A DNA stretch of 64,000 nucleotides from an uncultured delta proteobacterium. Lineage in GTDB: Bacteria; Desulfobacterota; Desulfobacteria; Desulfobacterales; Desulfosalsimonadaceae. The notes below the pieces were generated by a model that worked only from the letters and a program-made list of their open reading frames with translations, did no database searches and was not told the DNA's origin. Where the stretch lies: assembly GCA_963826785.1 (NCBI GenBank), contig CAWGYD010000005.1, forward strand, positions 128,001 through 192,000, in the 5' to 3' direction. Numbering within the stretch: the stretch's first letter is position 1; each line of letters begins with the position of its first letter. The position numbers and the translations under genes are program-made. Below, piece after piece: positions 29,746-40,738 of the stretch.

Positions 29746-29903
29746 TTCCGCTTTTTTCCCCATTCTTTCGATCCGGATTTGACAATTGACATCGGTTTTC
29801 ACATTTGTCATATTTCAGGGTCGTATTTTGTCTTTTCTGTGTTTTTCCCGCGCATCTGATAGACGGATGATTCGGCGGCGGATCTACCCGCGAAAGGAAT
29901 GGT

Positions 29904-30875
29904 ATGGTCGTAAAACGACAGCCGGTTAAAAGGGTTGCCTTAATCGCGCTCGTTCTTGTTTCCTGTTTTTCCGTGATGGGACTCAGCCGCATCGAACTTT
30001 CCGACGGCAGTTCCATCGAAGCGGAAATATTGAGTGAAAAGCCGGATCTCGTGTTCGTGGATCTTGGCTTTACGGTCCTGGGAATCCCCCGTGATGATAT
30101 CATCAGCATTGCCGCCCAGGAAAACGGCGGCACGCTGGTCGAGGACGACGGGAACCTCTATAAACGGCTGGAAAAAGGCCAGAGCCTGCCGGTCAAGACC
30201 CTGGTGGAGCAGCTGGGGCCCTCTGTTCTTGTCGTTCAAACCCCCACCAGCCTCGGATCGGGCTTTATGATCCATCCGGACGGCTACCTGATTACCAACC
30301 ATCACGTGATTGCCGGAGAGCACCAGTTGTCGGTCACGGTTTTCGAAACCACCCGCCAGGGCATGCGCAATCTCAAGAAACACCAGTATGATGATGTCCG
30401 CATTGTGGCCACCAGCCCCGACTGGGACCTGGCCCTGTTAAAGATCGAGGGTGTTGAAAAACCGGACTTCCAGGCGGCGCCCATCGGCGACAGCAGCGCC
30501 CTGAAGCAGGGGCAGCCCGTTTTTGCCATCGGCAATCCCCTGGGTCTGGAGCGCTCCGTTTCACAGGGCATTGTCAGCAGCCGGAACCGGCTCGTCAACG
30601 GACGGCTCTATGTTCAGACCACCGCACAAATCAACGCCGGAAATTCGGGCGGGCCGCTGTTCAACCTCAAGGGCGAAGTGGTGGGGGTCAACAACATGAA
30701 GATCATATCCCAGGGGGCCGAGGGGCTCGGGTTTGCCATCCCCGCCGCCGTTTTGCGCTATTTCCTGGAAAATCGGGATGCCTTTGCTTTCGATGCCCGA
30801 AATGCCAACAGCGGTTACCGCTACAACACGCCGCCCATCCCGGCGGCAGCCGAAAAGGGAGAAAATGAAAATTAA
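29904..30875 (+). CDS. Exported trypsin-like (S1C/HtrA-family) serine protease without PDZ domain
   Basis: Signal peptide; GSGF, TNHHV, DLALLK, AIGNPLGL, INAGNSGGPL, GLGFAIP. Confidence 0.9.
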   Translation: MVVKRQPVKRVALIALVLVSCFSVMGLSRIELSDGSSIEAEILSEKPDLVFVDLGFTVLGIPRDDIISIAAQENGGTLVEDDGNLYKRLEKGQSLPVKTLVEQLGPSVLVVQTPTSLGSGFMIHPDGYLITNHHVIAGEHQLSVTVFETTRQGMRNLKKHQYDDVRIVATSPDWDLALLKIEGVEKPDFQAAPIGDSSALKQGQPVFAIGNPLGLERSVSQGIVSSRNRLVNGRLYVQTTAQINAGNSGGPLFNLKGEVVGVNNMKIISQGAEGLGFAIPAAVLRYFLENRDAFAFDARNANSGYRYNTPPIPAAAEKGENEN

Positions 30876-32679
30876 ATTTTCCATTATGGCCGTGGCCTTC
30901 ATCCTGGCGTCTGCATTTTCAGTCCATGCGGCAGCGCCGCCGTTCGAGTCCGTTCTGCCCGAAGACACGTTTTTGTGCATCAGCATCGACAGCATGAAAA
31001 CATTCTACAAAAATGCCAAGGACCATCCGCTCTACCAGCTGGCCCAGAACAAGGCGTTTGTAAAGCTGCTTTCCTCCCTACCCGGAAAGGCGGAATCGGA
31101 TCAGCCCGATCAAAATGACGAAAGTTTCGCCCAGGCCTTTGAGAAGGAAATGGGAATCAAACCGGAGCGTCTCCCCGAGCTTTTTCCCGGACAGTGGCTT
31201 CTGGCCATGACGGATGCCGATCTTGCGCAAATGGCGGCCGCAGAAGAAAGCGGCAATGCGGATGACCTGCCGATGACCCTGATCCTTTCCCACAGCGGCG
31301 ATACGGCGGCCATCAAGTCGATGATTTTCGCCTCCGCCCGATACGATGAAAAAAATGAAGGCGCCAAACACCGCATCATCGAGGAAACCTACCATGGCGC
31401 CCGGCTCTTTCACGAGGAAACGGAAAAAGACAACGTCACCACGGATGCCGGCTCCTATGCGCTGCTCGACGATGTCCTGATTCTGACCCGGTCCAAGGAG
31501 CGCGCCCGGGAAATGGTGATCCGGTTTAAAGATGTGCCGGAAAATTCATTCTACACGGGCAAACGGTTTGCAAAAATTCGGCCCCACTTGAAAAATACGG
31601 GCGCTTATGTCTATCTCAATTTTGAAAAGCCCGCGGCCATGCTCGCAGAAGCGGCAAAAAAGAAAGCCGCGGCGGCAAACCGGTCGAGTGAAAGCAAGGG
31701 GCCCATGGACATGGTTTCCCCGGAGTTGATTCTGCAGACCTTGAACCCCGGCGCCTTCGAGGGGTTTTTCCTGGGGGCGGACATCCACCCGGATACCAGC
31801 CGGATCAGCAGCGGTCTGCTGCTGAAGAACCGCACCGGGCTGGCATCACTGCTCCAGTTCGAAAACAAATCTCCCCAGCAGCCAGCATATGTGCCCGATA
31901 CCGTGGTGAGCGCCAGCGTCAGCCGGTTTGATATCGGCACGGCCTTAAACAACATGGAAGGCCTCCTGGCCCAGGCGCTTCCCTTTGTCAACGGCATGTA
32001 CCAGGGGTACCTGGCCCAGATCAAAGCCAATTCCGGTGTGGACCTCCGGGCGGACCTGATCGCCAACCTGGGAAGCGAAATGACCATTATCAACATGCCC
32101 ATTGAATCGTCGGCCTCCAAAAAGCCGGGCCAGGATCCGTTCCAGCAGGTGATCGCCATCGGCATCAAAGACAAGCAGGGTTTTGAAATGGCACTGGATG
32201 GCATTAAATCCATGCTGGGAGCCTCCGAGAACTTTGAAAAAACCGACTATCTCGGCCAGACCCTCTACCGGTTCAAATCCGCTCCGGGAACCGGCGGCCC
32301 TGCGCTCGGCGGATTTTCCTACATGATCACCGACGACACGGTGTTCTTCTGTACCGGCCCCGCTACCGGACTGCAGCGGGTATTGTCCTACCAGAAAAAA
32401 CCCGCCCGGCTGCTGTGGGACAAAGCCGTTGTCCGCAAGGCGAAGAAGCTGCTTCCCGCCGGGAATGTCGCCTTCAGCTATACGGATCTCGACACGATGA
32501 TGGACGCGTTGATCACCGGGCTTGCAAGTTTCAAGACGACCGGGGCGGACAAGTCTTCCGATGCGGATATCGAGCAACTGAAAAAACAGATTGCCTTTCC
32601 TTTTTACCTCATCTTCCAGACCTATTCCGAAGAAAATGGAATATTTTACAAGGGCGTTCTGCTTGAAAAAGAAAAGTAA
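30865..32679 (+). CDS. Large exported hypothetical protein (possibly DUF3352-like)
   Basis: ATG 30865 after GGGAG; signal peptide ending VHA; LPEDTFL N-terminal motif; overlaps both neighbours. Confidence 0.65.
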   Translation: MKIKFSIMAVAFILASAFSVHAAAPPFESVLPEDTFLCISIDSMKTFYKNAKDHPLYQLAQNKAFVKLLSSLPGKAESDQPDQNDESFAQAFEKEMGIKPERLPELFPGQWLLAMTDADLAQMAAAEESGNADDLPMTLILSHSGDTAAIKSMIFASARYDEKNEGAKHRIIEETYHGARLFHEETEKDNVTTDAGSYALLDDVLILTRSKERAREMVIRFKDVPENSFYTGKRFAKIRPHLKNTGAYVYLNFEKPAAMLAEAAKKKAAAANRSSESKGPMDMVSPELILQTLNPGAFEGFFLGADIHPDTSRISSGLLLKNRTGLASLLQFENKSPQQPAYVPDTVVSASVSRFDIGTALNNMEGLLAQALPFVNGMYQGYLAQIKANSGVDLRADLIANLGSEMTIINMPIESSASKKPGQDPFQQVIAIGIKDKQGFEMALDGIKSMLGASENFEKTDYLGQTLYRFKSAPGTGGPALGGFSYMITDDTVFFCTGPATGLQRVLSYQKKPARLLWDKAVVRKAKKLLPAGNVAFSYTDLDTMMDALITGLASFKTTGADKSSDADIEQLKKQIAFPFYLIFQTYSEENGIFYKGVLLEKEK

Positions 32680-34972
32680 AATCCTTATCGGTTTCATTGC
32701 CGCCTGGTGTGCGGTCCAGCTGCTGGGCCTCGCTCCGGCCCGCGCCCTGTGCCTGACGGGACCGGAAGTGGTCAAGCTCGACTGGAATACCCGTGCCATG
32801 ACCGCAGCGGATGTCAATGCCGACGGGTTAACCGATATCATCGTGATCGACAATGATACCGCAAGGGTGATGATCCTCTACCAGACCGCGGACGGAAAGT
32901 CTCCCGCCAGCACCCGGCGCATCGTTCACCCCGACCGGTGGGAGCCGGTCCTGGAAGACGCCCGTTTTCAGAAAGGCCATGTGGTGACAGGTCTCATGGC
33001 CTTTGACCTGGCCGCAGGCGACTTGAACGGCGACGGGCGGGTGGACCTGGCCTATACCGGGAATACCGTCCCCCTGACCATCCGGTTTCAGGGAGAAGAG
33101 GGTGAGTTTTCCGAAGAATGGACGGACGACCATATCGAGCCGCTGCAGTGGTCTTCCTGTATGCAGATCACCGATATCGATTCCGACGGGTCAAACGAAC
33201 TGATCGTGCTGGCCTCAAAGAACCTTTACGTTTACCGGCTTTCCGAAAGCGGCCGCCCCTATCTGTGGCGATTTTACCGGTTGTCCGACGAGCGGGCCGG
33301 CCGCTTGTGGGTGGCGGATATCAATGGGGACCGCCGCAGGGATATCCTTTACATGGTCGACGATGATGCCAGCCCGGTGATGATCCGGCTGCAGGATGAA
33401 ACATGCGACTTCGGACCGGAAATCCCCGTCCGCACCGGGCAGGCATTCAAGGCCCTGGCCTACCTGCAAGGCGCCCCGGACACCTTCTCCATGGCCGCCG
33501 TTTCATCCGCCACCGGTCTGATCCGGACCATCGGCATCGAACATTCCATGGAAGAAGCGTCCGATTCCATGCAGCTCAACATCTATTCATCCGACATCGC
33601 CTCTGGGAATACGGCCCTCTATGCGGCCGGGGATTTCAATGGTGACGGACTGCCGGACATGGCGGCGGCCGATCCGGGCGGGGCCCGGGTGCTGATCTAT
33701 TTCCGCCAGGCGGATGCCCGCTTTAAAGAGGCGGCGGTTTTTCCCTCCTTTTCTCACGTGTCCGCTCTCAGCACCCTCCGGAAAGGAAAGGATAAGCCAG
33801 ATGCGCTGCTTCTGGTCAGTGAGGATGAGTCGGTGGCCGGTATTTCGGAAATGACGCTTGCATCAAAGCCGCGCCTGAACTTTCCGGTTATCCTTAAAAC
33901 CGGAGCCAAACCCCTGATAGCCGCAGCCATCGAAGCGGACGGCGGCCGGGCAGGGGACGAGATCGTCCTCGTTGAAAAAACGGACCAGGACAGCCTTTTG
34001 AATCTCAGGCTGCTGGCCTTTGAAAATGGGGATGTGAAGGAGATATCGGCAGCCGAATTGAATAACATCCAGCGGGAACCCCGGGATCTGTTTGTCACGG
34101 ATCTCAACAATGACCGTAAAGAGGACCTGCTGATGATGTTTCCCCGGGAACCGGCCCGGATCTTTATCCAGAAAGACGGTAATCTGGTGGAAGTCTGCCA
34201 GGATTCAGCTATCCGCAAAGGGACCCTGGATGATCTGAATCCGGCCCGCCTGGGGAGCGGGGATTCAAATAATGACGGCGCGGATGAACTGCTGGTTTCA
34301 GCCGACGGCTATGTGCGCGCACTGCAGTTGAATGAAAAAAATGAACTGACCATCATCGACCAGTTTAACTCCGCCCATTCCAGCGCGCGGCTGGAGGCGC
34401 CGGAGTTCGTCGATATCGACGGCGACGGCCGGGCTGAACTGCTGGTGATGGTGCCGGAAAAAAAAGTGATCGAGGTGCTCAACCGCCAGGATGACGGGAT
34501 TTACCGCTCCAGGAAGTTCATCGAAATCGGCGACATCAGCCTGTCCGGTTCTCTGATCTACCCGGACCCGGACGGGGTCAGTCTCATATACCTGGGCAAG
34601 GACCGTTTCTGGGAGATGGCCTTCGGACGGGGCGCATGGGCGGGCAAGGACAGGGTGCCCCCCTATGAAACCGACCTGAAGGATGTTGCCTATACCGCCC
34701 TGGGCGCGGGGGAATTCGATGGCGTCGCCGGAGATGACCTGATCGCCGTCGATGGCCAGAACCATGTGCTCGAGCTGCTGACCGCCGAGGCCTCCGCCGG
34801 ATATAAAAGCCGGCTGCATTTCACCATTTTCGACCAGAATCTCAATTACGGCGGGCGCAGGGGATCCACCGACGAGCCCCGGGAGATGCTGATCGATGAT
34901 TTCAGCGCAGACGGCAAAGACGACATCGCCCTGCTGGTCCACGACCGGATCCTGCTGTATATTCAAAAATAG
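32663..34972 (+). CDS. Exported FG-GAP/VCBS-repeat beta-propeller protein
   Basis: Signal peptide ending ARA; repeated DxNxDGxxD loops (DVNADGLTDI, GDLNGDGRVDLA, GDFNGDGLPDMA, DIDGDGRAEL, DFSADGKDDI). Start is 32636 or 32663. Confidence 0.85.
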   Translation: MKKKSKILIGFIAAWCAVQLLGLAPARALCLTGPEVVKLDWNTRAMTAADVNADGLTDIIVIDNDTARVMILYQTADGKSPASTRRIVHPDRWEPVLEDARFQKGHVVTGLMAFDLAAGDLNGDGRVDLAYTGNTVPLTIRFQGEEGEFSEEWTDDHIEPLQWSSCMQITDIDSDGSNELIVLASKNLYVYRLSESGRPYLWRFYRLSDERAGRLWVADINGDRRRDILYMVDDDASPVMIRLQDETCDFGPEIPVRTGQAFKALAYLQGAPDTFSMAAVSSATGLIRTIGIEHSMEEASDSMQLNIYSSDIASGNTALYAAGDFNGDGLPDMAAADPGGARVLIYFRQADARFKEAAVFPSFSHVSALSTLRKGKDKPDALLLVSEDESVAGISEMTLASKPRLNFPVILKTGAKPLIAAAIEADGGRAGDEIVLVEKTDQDSLLNLRLLAFENGDVKEISAAELNNIQREPRDLFVTDLNNDRKEDLLMMFPREPARIFIQKDGNLVEVCQDSAIRKGTLDDLNPARLGSGDSNNDGADELLVSADGYVRALQLNEKNELTIIDQFNSAHSSARLEAPEFVDIDGDGRAELLVMVPEKKVIEVLNRQDDGIYRSRKFIEIGDISLSGSLIYPDPDGVSLIYLGKDRFWEMAFGRGAWAGKDRVPPYETDLKDVAYTALGAGEFDGVAGDDLIAVDGQNHVLELLTAEASAGYKSRLHFTIFDQNLNYGGRRGSTDEPREMLIDDFSADGKDDIALLVHDRILLYIQK

Positions 34973-35080
34973 CATTTAAAAATATCATTGTCGGCATCAA
35001 AGCATATGTTCGATTTTTTCCCGGCAGGGGGATCAAGGGAGATACTCTTTGCCATCCAACAGTTTTGAAAGCAGAAACCG

Positions 35081-35737
35081 ATGACCCTCCATACTGAATC
35101 CTGTAATCGCATCATCTTTTGCGACTTTGACGGGACCATCACCGAGAAAGAGTCTTTGGACCGGGTGTTTCAAAAATTTGCCCCCGACGTGTGGAAGCCC
35201 ATGAAAGACGACCTGGTGGCAGGACGCATCACCGTCCGGGAAGCCGTGACCCGCACCATCGATTCCATGGCTTCATCCGATTACCCCGATATCATGGACT
35301 ATACCCTGACCTTTCCCATCCGGCCCGGGTTCGAGGCCCTGCTCGATTTTCTCGATTCACAACAGGTGCCGCTGGTGGTGCTTTCCGGCGGCATTCGCGG
35401 GATGGTGGAAGTCCGGCTGGGGGAGTTGAAAAAACGGGTGCACGGCATATTCGCCGCGGATGTGGACACTACGGGAAAATGTCTGCGCACCGACTCCGCC
35501 CATACCGGGGAAACGGAGCTTGTGGACAAAGTCTCTGTAATGAAAAAGTTTGATGCAGATGAAAAAATCGCCATCGGCGACGGCATCACCGACTTCAACA
35601 TGGCCCGCGCCGCCGACCTGGTCTTCGCCCGGTCCGGGCTGGCCCGGTACCTGGCGCAAAACAATATACCCTTTACTCCCTGGTCGGATTTTTTCGAAAT
35701 CCGGGATGAATTACAACGCCGATTCACCAGGATTTGA
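35081..35737 (+). CDS. HAD-IB family phosphatase (MtnX-like)
   Basis: FCDFDGTIT, VLSGG, DK, AIGDGITD, ADLVFAR. Confidence 0.88.
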   Translation: MTLHTESCNRIIFCDFDGTITEKESLDRVFQKFAPDVWKPMKDDLVAGRITVREAVTRTIDSMASSDYPDIMDYTLTFPIRPGFEALLDFLDSQQVPLVVLSGGIRGMVEVRLGELKKRVHGIFAADVDTTGKCLRTDSAHTGETELVDKVSVMKKFDADEKIAIGDGITDFNMARAADLVFARSGLARYLAQNNIPFTPWSDFFEIRDELQRRFTRI

Positions 35738-35783
35738 AAATGCCTGAAAACCGTTAATCTGCAATCGCCCGCACGTTTGCGGA

Positions 35784-36218
35784 TCAGGGGCCATCTTTGG
35801 ATATGGCGCCAAACCCGAAATAGGTCCGGATGAAATCCGGTTGATCCTTCTTCTTGAATTCTTCCAGGGACCACTCCTCCCGTGACAGCATGCTTCGATA
35901 CGGCCCCCTCAGCACATAGGTGCATGCGTCCATCGCTGTTTTATCGGCCAGCAAAACCCGAACCCGTGTCCGGTCATACATCTCGCCTTCAAATATATCC
36001 AGCCGACACACAGCACTTTCATCCAGATCAAAATAGACGATCCCGTCCGTTGTTTCACCTGATGCCGGAATCAGGGCGGGGTAGTGTTTTTCCTTGAGCT
36101 TATACCGCGCATAACCGGCCAAACGGGCATTTTCACCGGTATGCGCCCGCCCGGCAGCCATGGCCAGTATCTCAGGGACCATCAGGGTACCGTATGCAAA
36201 CAGGTTCATGATTGCCAT
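35784..36218 (-). CDS. Gamma-glutamylcyclotransferase (AIG2-like)
   Basis: LFAYGTLM, YPAL, LDIFEGEMYDR. Confidence 0.88.
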   Translation of the reverse strand: MAIMNLFAYGTLMVPEILAMAAGRAHTGENARLAGYARYKLKEKHYPALIPASGETTDGIVYFDLDESAVCRLDIFEGEMYDRTRVRVLLADKTAMDACTYVLRGPYRSMLSREEWSLEEFKKKDQPDFIRTYFGFGAISKDGP

Positions 36219-36443
36219 CCACGTTCAATTTATAACTATCGCTTCTGAAATCAAACATCTCATGGAAATTTTAAAAGGGCAACTTGAAACCGCCGAAAAA
36301 CCCGGTTCCCTGGGTGTGAAAAATGTCGGGGCAATTAGTCCTTTTATAATGATTAAAAATTATTTATAAAGGATTGATATTTAAGTACAGCCCCATCATT
36401 TTTCGTATGAGCCGTTCATAAATCAACATTCAGGAGGAGGGTT

Positions 36444-37265
36444 ATGGAAGAAATCAGTCATCTTCAGCAGATCGTCACCGAAATGATCGATTTTCTCGTC
36501 CAGTACAGTTTTCAGATCATCGGCGCACTGGTGACCCTGGCGGTGGGAATCTTCATCTCACGGTGGGTATCCGGGCTGGTGGTGGGCCTGTGTCAGAAAA
36601 AAGGGCTGGACGTGACCCTCACCCGTTTTTTCGGCCAGATGACCAAAATCGTGATCATGATTTTTGTCCTGGTGGTGGTCATCGGCAAATTCGGCATTTC
36701 CATCGCACCTTTTATCGCCGCCATCGGCGCCATGCTGTTCGGTGCCAGTTTCGCCCTGCAGGGACCGCTTTCCAACTACAGCGCGGGGCTGATCATCATT
36801 TTAACCCGTCCCTTCGTGGTGGGCAACACCATCGCCGTCAAGGGGGTGAAAGGGGTGGTGGATGAGGTCTCCATGTCTTCCACCGTTTTGTTCAACGAGG
36901 ACGGGGAAAAGATCACCATTCCCAACAAGCACATCATCGGCGAGGTGCTGACCAATTCCTTTGCTAACCGGATTGTGGAAGCCGGCGTGGGCATCTCCTA
37001 TGATGATGACCCCGAAAATGCCATTCACGTGATCGAATCGATCATGGCCGCATACCCGCAGATCGCCGATGCCCCGGCCCCGGTGGTGGGCATCGAGGAA
37101 TACGGGGACTCTTCCATCAATATCGGGATGCGCTACTGGGTGCCCACCCGGGAGTATTATAAAATTCAGTACGCCGTCAACCTGGACGTTTACAAGAAAT
37201 TCAAGGCGGCAAATATCACCATCCCCTTTCCCCAGCGCGACGTGCATCTGATGCCCCAGCAATGA
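36444..37265 (+). CDS. mscS: Small-conductance mechanosensitive channel
   Basis: Three TM segments, FALQGPLSN, RPFVVG, TIPN, VGISY, IPFPQRDVH. Confidence 0.92.
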   Translation: MEEISHLQQIVTEMIDFLVQYSFQIIGALVTLAVGIFISRWVSGLVVGLCQKKGLDVTLTRFFGQMTKIVIMIFVLVVVIGKFGISIAPFIAAIGAMLFGASFALQGPLSNYSAGLIIILTRPFVVGNTIAVKGVKGVVDEVSMSSTVLFNEDGEKITIPNKHIIGEVLTNSFANRIVEAGVGISYDDDPENAIHVIESIMAAYPQIADAPAPVVGIEEYGDSSINIGMRYWVPTREYYKIQYAVNLDVYKKFKAANITIPFPQRDVHLMPQQ

Positions 37266-37350
37266 AAAACTGCCCGCAGCCGGTTTGCCCGACACCGATT
37301 GCAGCCGTATATTTTTATCCGGTTTCAACATCCGATGGGGAGCAAAAATC

Positions 37351-38208
37351 ATGGCGGAAGGTAAAATCAAGACGCACGGTTTCGGTCGCACGGGCATCGC
37401 GGTGACCCGGGTGGGACTGGGCGGGGAAGGGGTGCTGCGGACATTCGGCAGGTCCGACGAGGCGCGCGGGGTGATCCAGGCGGCCATTGGACAAGGGATC
37501 TCCTATTTTGACTGCGCCCGGGTCTATTCCGACAGCGAGCGCTATTACGGCAGCGTATGGAAGGAAAAACCCGATGTCCGGGCCGGGATCTTTCAGGCCA
37601 GCAAGTCCGCCCGACGGGACCGCCGGGGAGCGTTGACCGAACTGGAAGAAACCTTGTCCCGGCTGAATACCGATCATTTGGACCTGTGGCAGATCCACGA
37701 TGTCCGCACTGAGGCTGAAATCGATCAGATTGCCGGGCCCGGCGGCGCTCTGGAAGCATTTATCGAAGCCCGGCAGCAGGGCCGTGTGCGCCATATCGGC
37801 GTCACCGGCCACCATGATCCGGGCGTCCTGACCCGGGCGGTGACACAATGGCCGGTGGATTCGGTCATGATGCCCGTCAATCCGGCCGAAGGCGTCCTGG
37901 GCGGATTTCTCACCCGCACCCTGCCGGCGGCCAGGGAAAAGGGGATTGCCGTTATCGGCATGAAAATTCTGGGGGCGGGCCAGTTCATCGTCCCCCGGCT
38001 GGCGGTCAGTGCGGAACTGCTGATCCGCTATGCCCTGGACCGGGAAATCACGGTGGCCATCGTGGGCTGTTCCACCCCGGCCGAAGTGGAAACGCTTGCG
38101 GCCATCGGCCGGTCGGGGAAACCCCTTTCCCCGGATGAACATGACCGGCTCGTCAAGATGTTCACGCCCCATGCCCGGAAACTGGCGTATTACCGGGGAG
38201 TGGTGTAG
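37351..38208 (+). CDS. Aldo/keto reductase
   Basis: FGRTG, GISYFDCARVY, RLNTDHLDLWQIH, RHIGVTGH, IGMK. Confidence 0.9.
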   Translation: MAEGKIKTHGFGRTGIAVTRVGLGGEGVLRTFGRSDEARGVIQAAIGQGISYFDCARVYSDSERYYGSVWKEKPDVRAGIFQASKSARRDRRGALTELEETLSRLNTDHLDLWQIHDVRTEAEIDQIAGPGGALEAFIEARQQGRVRHIGVTGHHDPGVLTRAVTQWPVDSVMMPVNPAEGVLGGFLTRTLPAAREKGIAVIGMKILGAGQFIVPRLAVSAELLIRYALDREITVAIVGCSTPAEVETLAAIGRSGKPLSPDEHDRLVKMFTPHARKLAYYRGVV

Positions 38209-40547
38209 CCGGCAGGTCACCGGCGCATCTCAGTGCAGCCAGTTCCCATGAGTCGCTGCGTTCTTCGATCATGGTTTTGATGAATGTCTCCACCAGTCCC
38301 GGGTCGAAACGGGCGCCCGCATCCTGCCGGAGCTGTTCCGCCGCTTCTTCGGGTGAAAAGACCCGGTTGTAAGGCCGTCTCATGGGTCATGGTATCAAAG
38401 GCGTGAATGATGGCAAATACCCGGTCCAGGTAGGGGATTTCCGTTTCCTTCAGCCCGCGGGGATAACCGGACCCGTCCCATCGCTCCGCATGGGAAAGGA
38501 CTTCATCGCTGATGCGGGCGGTGTCGGCAAAGGAGGTGACGATGCGGTACCCGATTTCCGCATGCTTTTTCAGGACCGACCACTCTTCCTGGGTCAGCGA
38601 GTCGGGTTTGCTCAGGATCGATTTGGGAACGGCCACCAGGCCGATATCATGAAATTCGGTTAAAAGCGCCAGATCTTCCATCTTCTCTCTGGAAAAATTC
38701 AATTCCCGTCCAAATTTTCGCCCCAGGATATGCATGCGGTCGATTTGGATCCGCAATTCCGGTATCGAATCGGTGAGCCGGGAAAAAAGCGAGGAGAGGA
38801 CAAATTCCTTGTTCTCCCGGCTGCCCGCCAGCTTATTGTCGTACATCCGCTGCCTGGCCGTCCGGATCACCCGGTGCGTGTTCTGGGCCATGTTTTCCTT
38901 GGTGGCCGTCCCCAGGGCGATGCTGGGCCGGTTGGTCAGGGTTCGGCCCTGGTTGGTGGCATTGTGGATGCGGTCGCAGATGGCCTCGGCCGTATGCCGG
39001 TCCGTCGCCGGCAGGATAATGGAAAATTCATCTCCTCCCCACCGGGCGATGATGTCTTCATCCCGGCAGCAGACCTTCAGTATTTCGGCCATCCGTTTGA
39101 GCAGGGCGTCGCCTTCATCATGCCCGAACACCTCATTGATCATCTTCAGGTTATTCAAGTCTCCCATTATGATGGAAACCGGAAGCATCCGTTCGGTATC
39201 CAGCCGCGCGGCTTCCTCTTCGAACCAGGCCCGGTTGAACAGCCCCGTGACCCGATCGTGAAAGCTGATATAGCGGATGTGTTCCTCCGCTTTTTTGCGT
39301 TCGGTGATGTCTCGGGAAATCACCAGCACGGTTTCCACCATGCCGCTTTTGGCAAATTCGGGGATGACCCGCCCGCCGAAATGCCGCTCCCCGAAAAGGG
39401 AGTTCAATGAATATTCCACGTTCGTTTCCCGCCCCGTTTCAATGACGGTTTTCACCGCGGTTTCCCAGAGCTGGATCTGTTCTTCGGGCATCCCCAGCTC
39501 GGAGTTGGTTCGGCCGGTGAACTGCTCTTTGGTAATGCCGGTGATGCCTTCAAACGCCGGGTTGACGAACAGGTAGCGCATTTCGCGGTTCAGCCGGAAG
39601 ATGAGGTCCGGTGAATTGTCGATCAGCGTGCGCAATTCATATTCATTGCGCCGAAGCGTCTCCTCGGCTTTTTTCCGCTCTGTGATGTCCCGCCATGCCA
39701 GCACCGCCCCCGTGACCTTTCCGGAAGCATCGTAGATGGGGCCGGCGGTGGTGGCAATGGCGATCATTTGACCATTTGCGGTTTTGAGCATGGATTCCTC
39801 ATCCCGGATCACCTCCCCGCGCATGGCCCGCGACAGGGGAAGCTCCTCCGCCTGTTTAGGGGTTTTGCCATCCAGGTGATAGGGCTCCCATGCAGACAGA
39901 ATATCATTCATGTTTGCCGCCTGAAGATCCTGGATCGGTTTGCCCGTGACGATTTCATTGTATTTGCTCAACACGGTGATCCGCATGTCCGGTTTATCCG
40001 CAAAGATGATCCCCTCGGGCAGATATTCCAGAAGCGCAAAAAGCCGCCGCCGGGCATCTTCGGCGGCATCCCGCGCCCGGGTGAGTTCACGGGTCCGTTC
40101 TTCAACCCGCAGTTCGAGTTCCTGGTTGGTTTTGCGAAGTTCATCCTCGGCGCGCGCCTTTTCCTCCTGGGCCGCTTTCATCCGCAGGGCGTTTTTGACC
40201 GCCGAACCCAGGCGGGTCAGCTTCCCTTTGAGAATATAGTCTGCCGCGCCGGACCGGAGCAGCGCCGCCGCCGCTTCTTCTTCAAGCACGCCCGAAACGA
40301 TGATGAAGGGGATGAACGGATAGCGTTCATGTGCCAGGCGCAGGGCATCCATTCCGTCGAATCGGGGCAGGCGGTAATCGGCCAGGATGATGTCGGGCCT
40401 GAAGCGTTCGAGTTCGGCCACGAATTGTGCTTCTGTTTCCACCCGCCGGCATGCGGGTGAATACCCCTCATCAATCAGGCGCTCTTCATTTAGGTGGGCA
40501 TCGGCTGGATTGTCTTCCAGCATCAGAATGCGAAGGCCGTCGTTCAT
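38162..40547 (-). CDS. REC-PAS-PAS-GGDEF-HD-GYP c-di-GMP signalling protein; frameshift near 38380, true 3' end uncertain
   Basis: ILMLEDN/LADY REC; two PAS/PAC; HDRVTGLFNR, RWGGDEF; HDIG, HAERWDGSGYP; the HD-GYP tail RPY...FDP continues in another frame (ORF 38162-38383). Confidence 0.85.
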
Positions 40548-40738
40548 GATATTTCCTCGCGTGGCGGCAACTTGACGATGGTTGAGTTTAAACCCATAAA
40601 CCGCACCACCGCACCAGCAGAAAAATGCATAGGATGCCGTTTACCAGGGGCGCCGGCGACCGGGTGACGGTTGTTCCCATAAACATAATGGTGAAGAAGA
40701 AAATCGTAAACACCATCGCCAGCAAATAGCACGCTCAT
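40544..40738 (-). pseudogene. Degenerate 64-codon relic of an Rcp1-type single-domain response regulator
   Basis: ATGA overlaps at both ends; keeps DGVYDFL and terminal TIVKLPP, lacks the REC acidic pocket and Lys. Confidence 0.55.
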
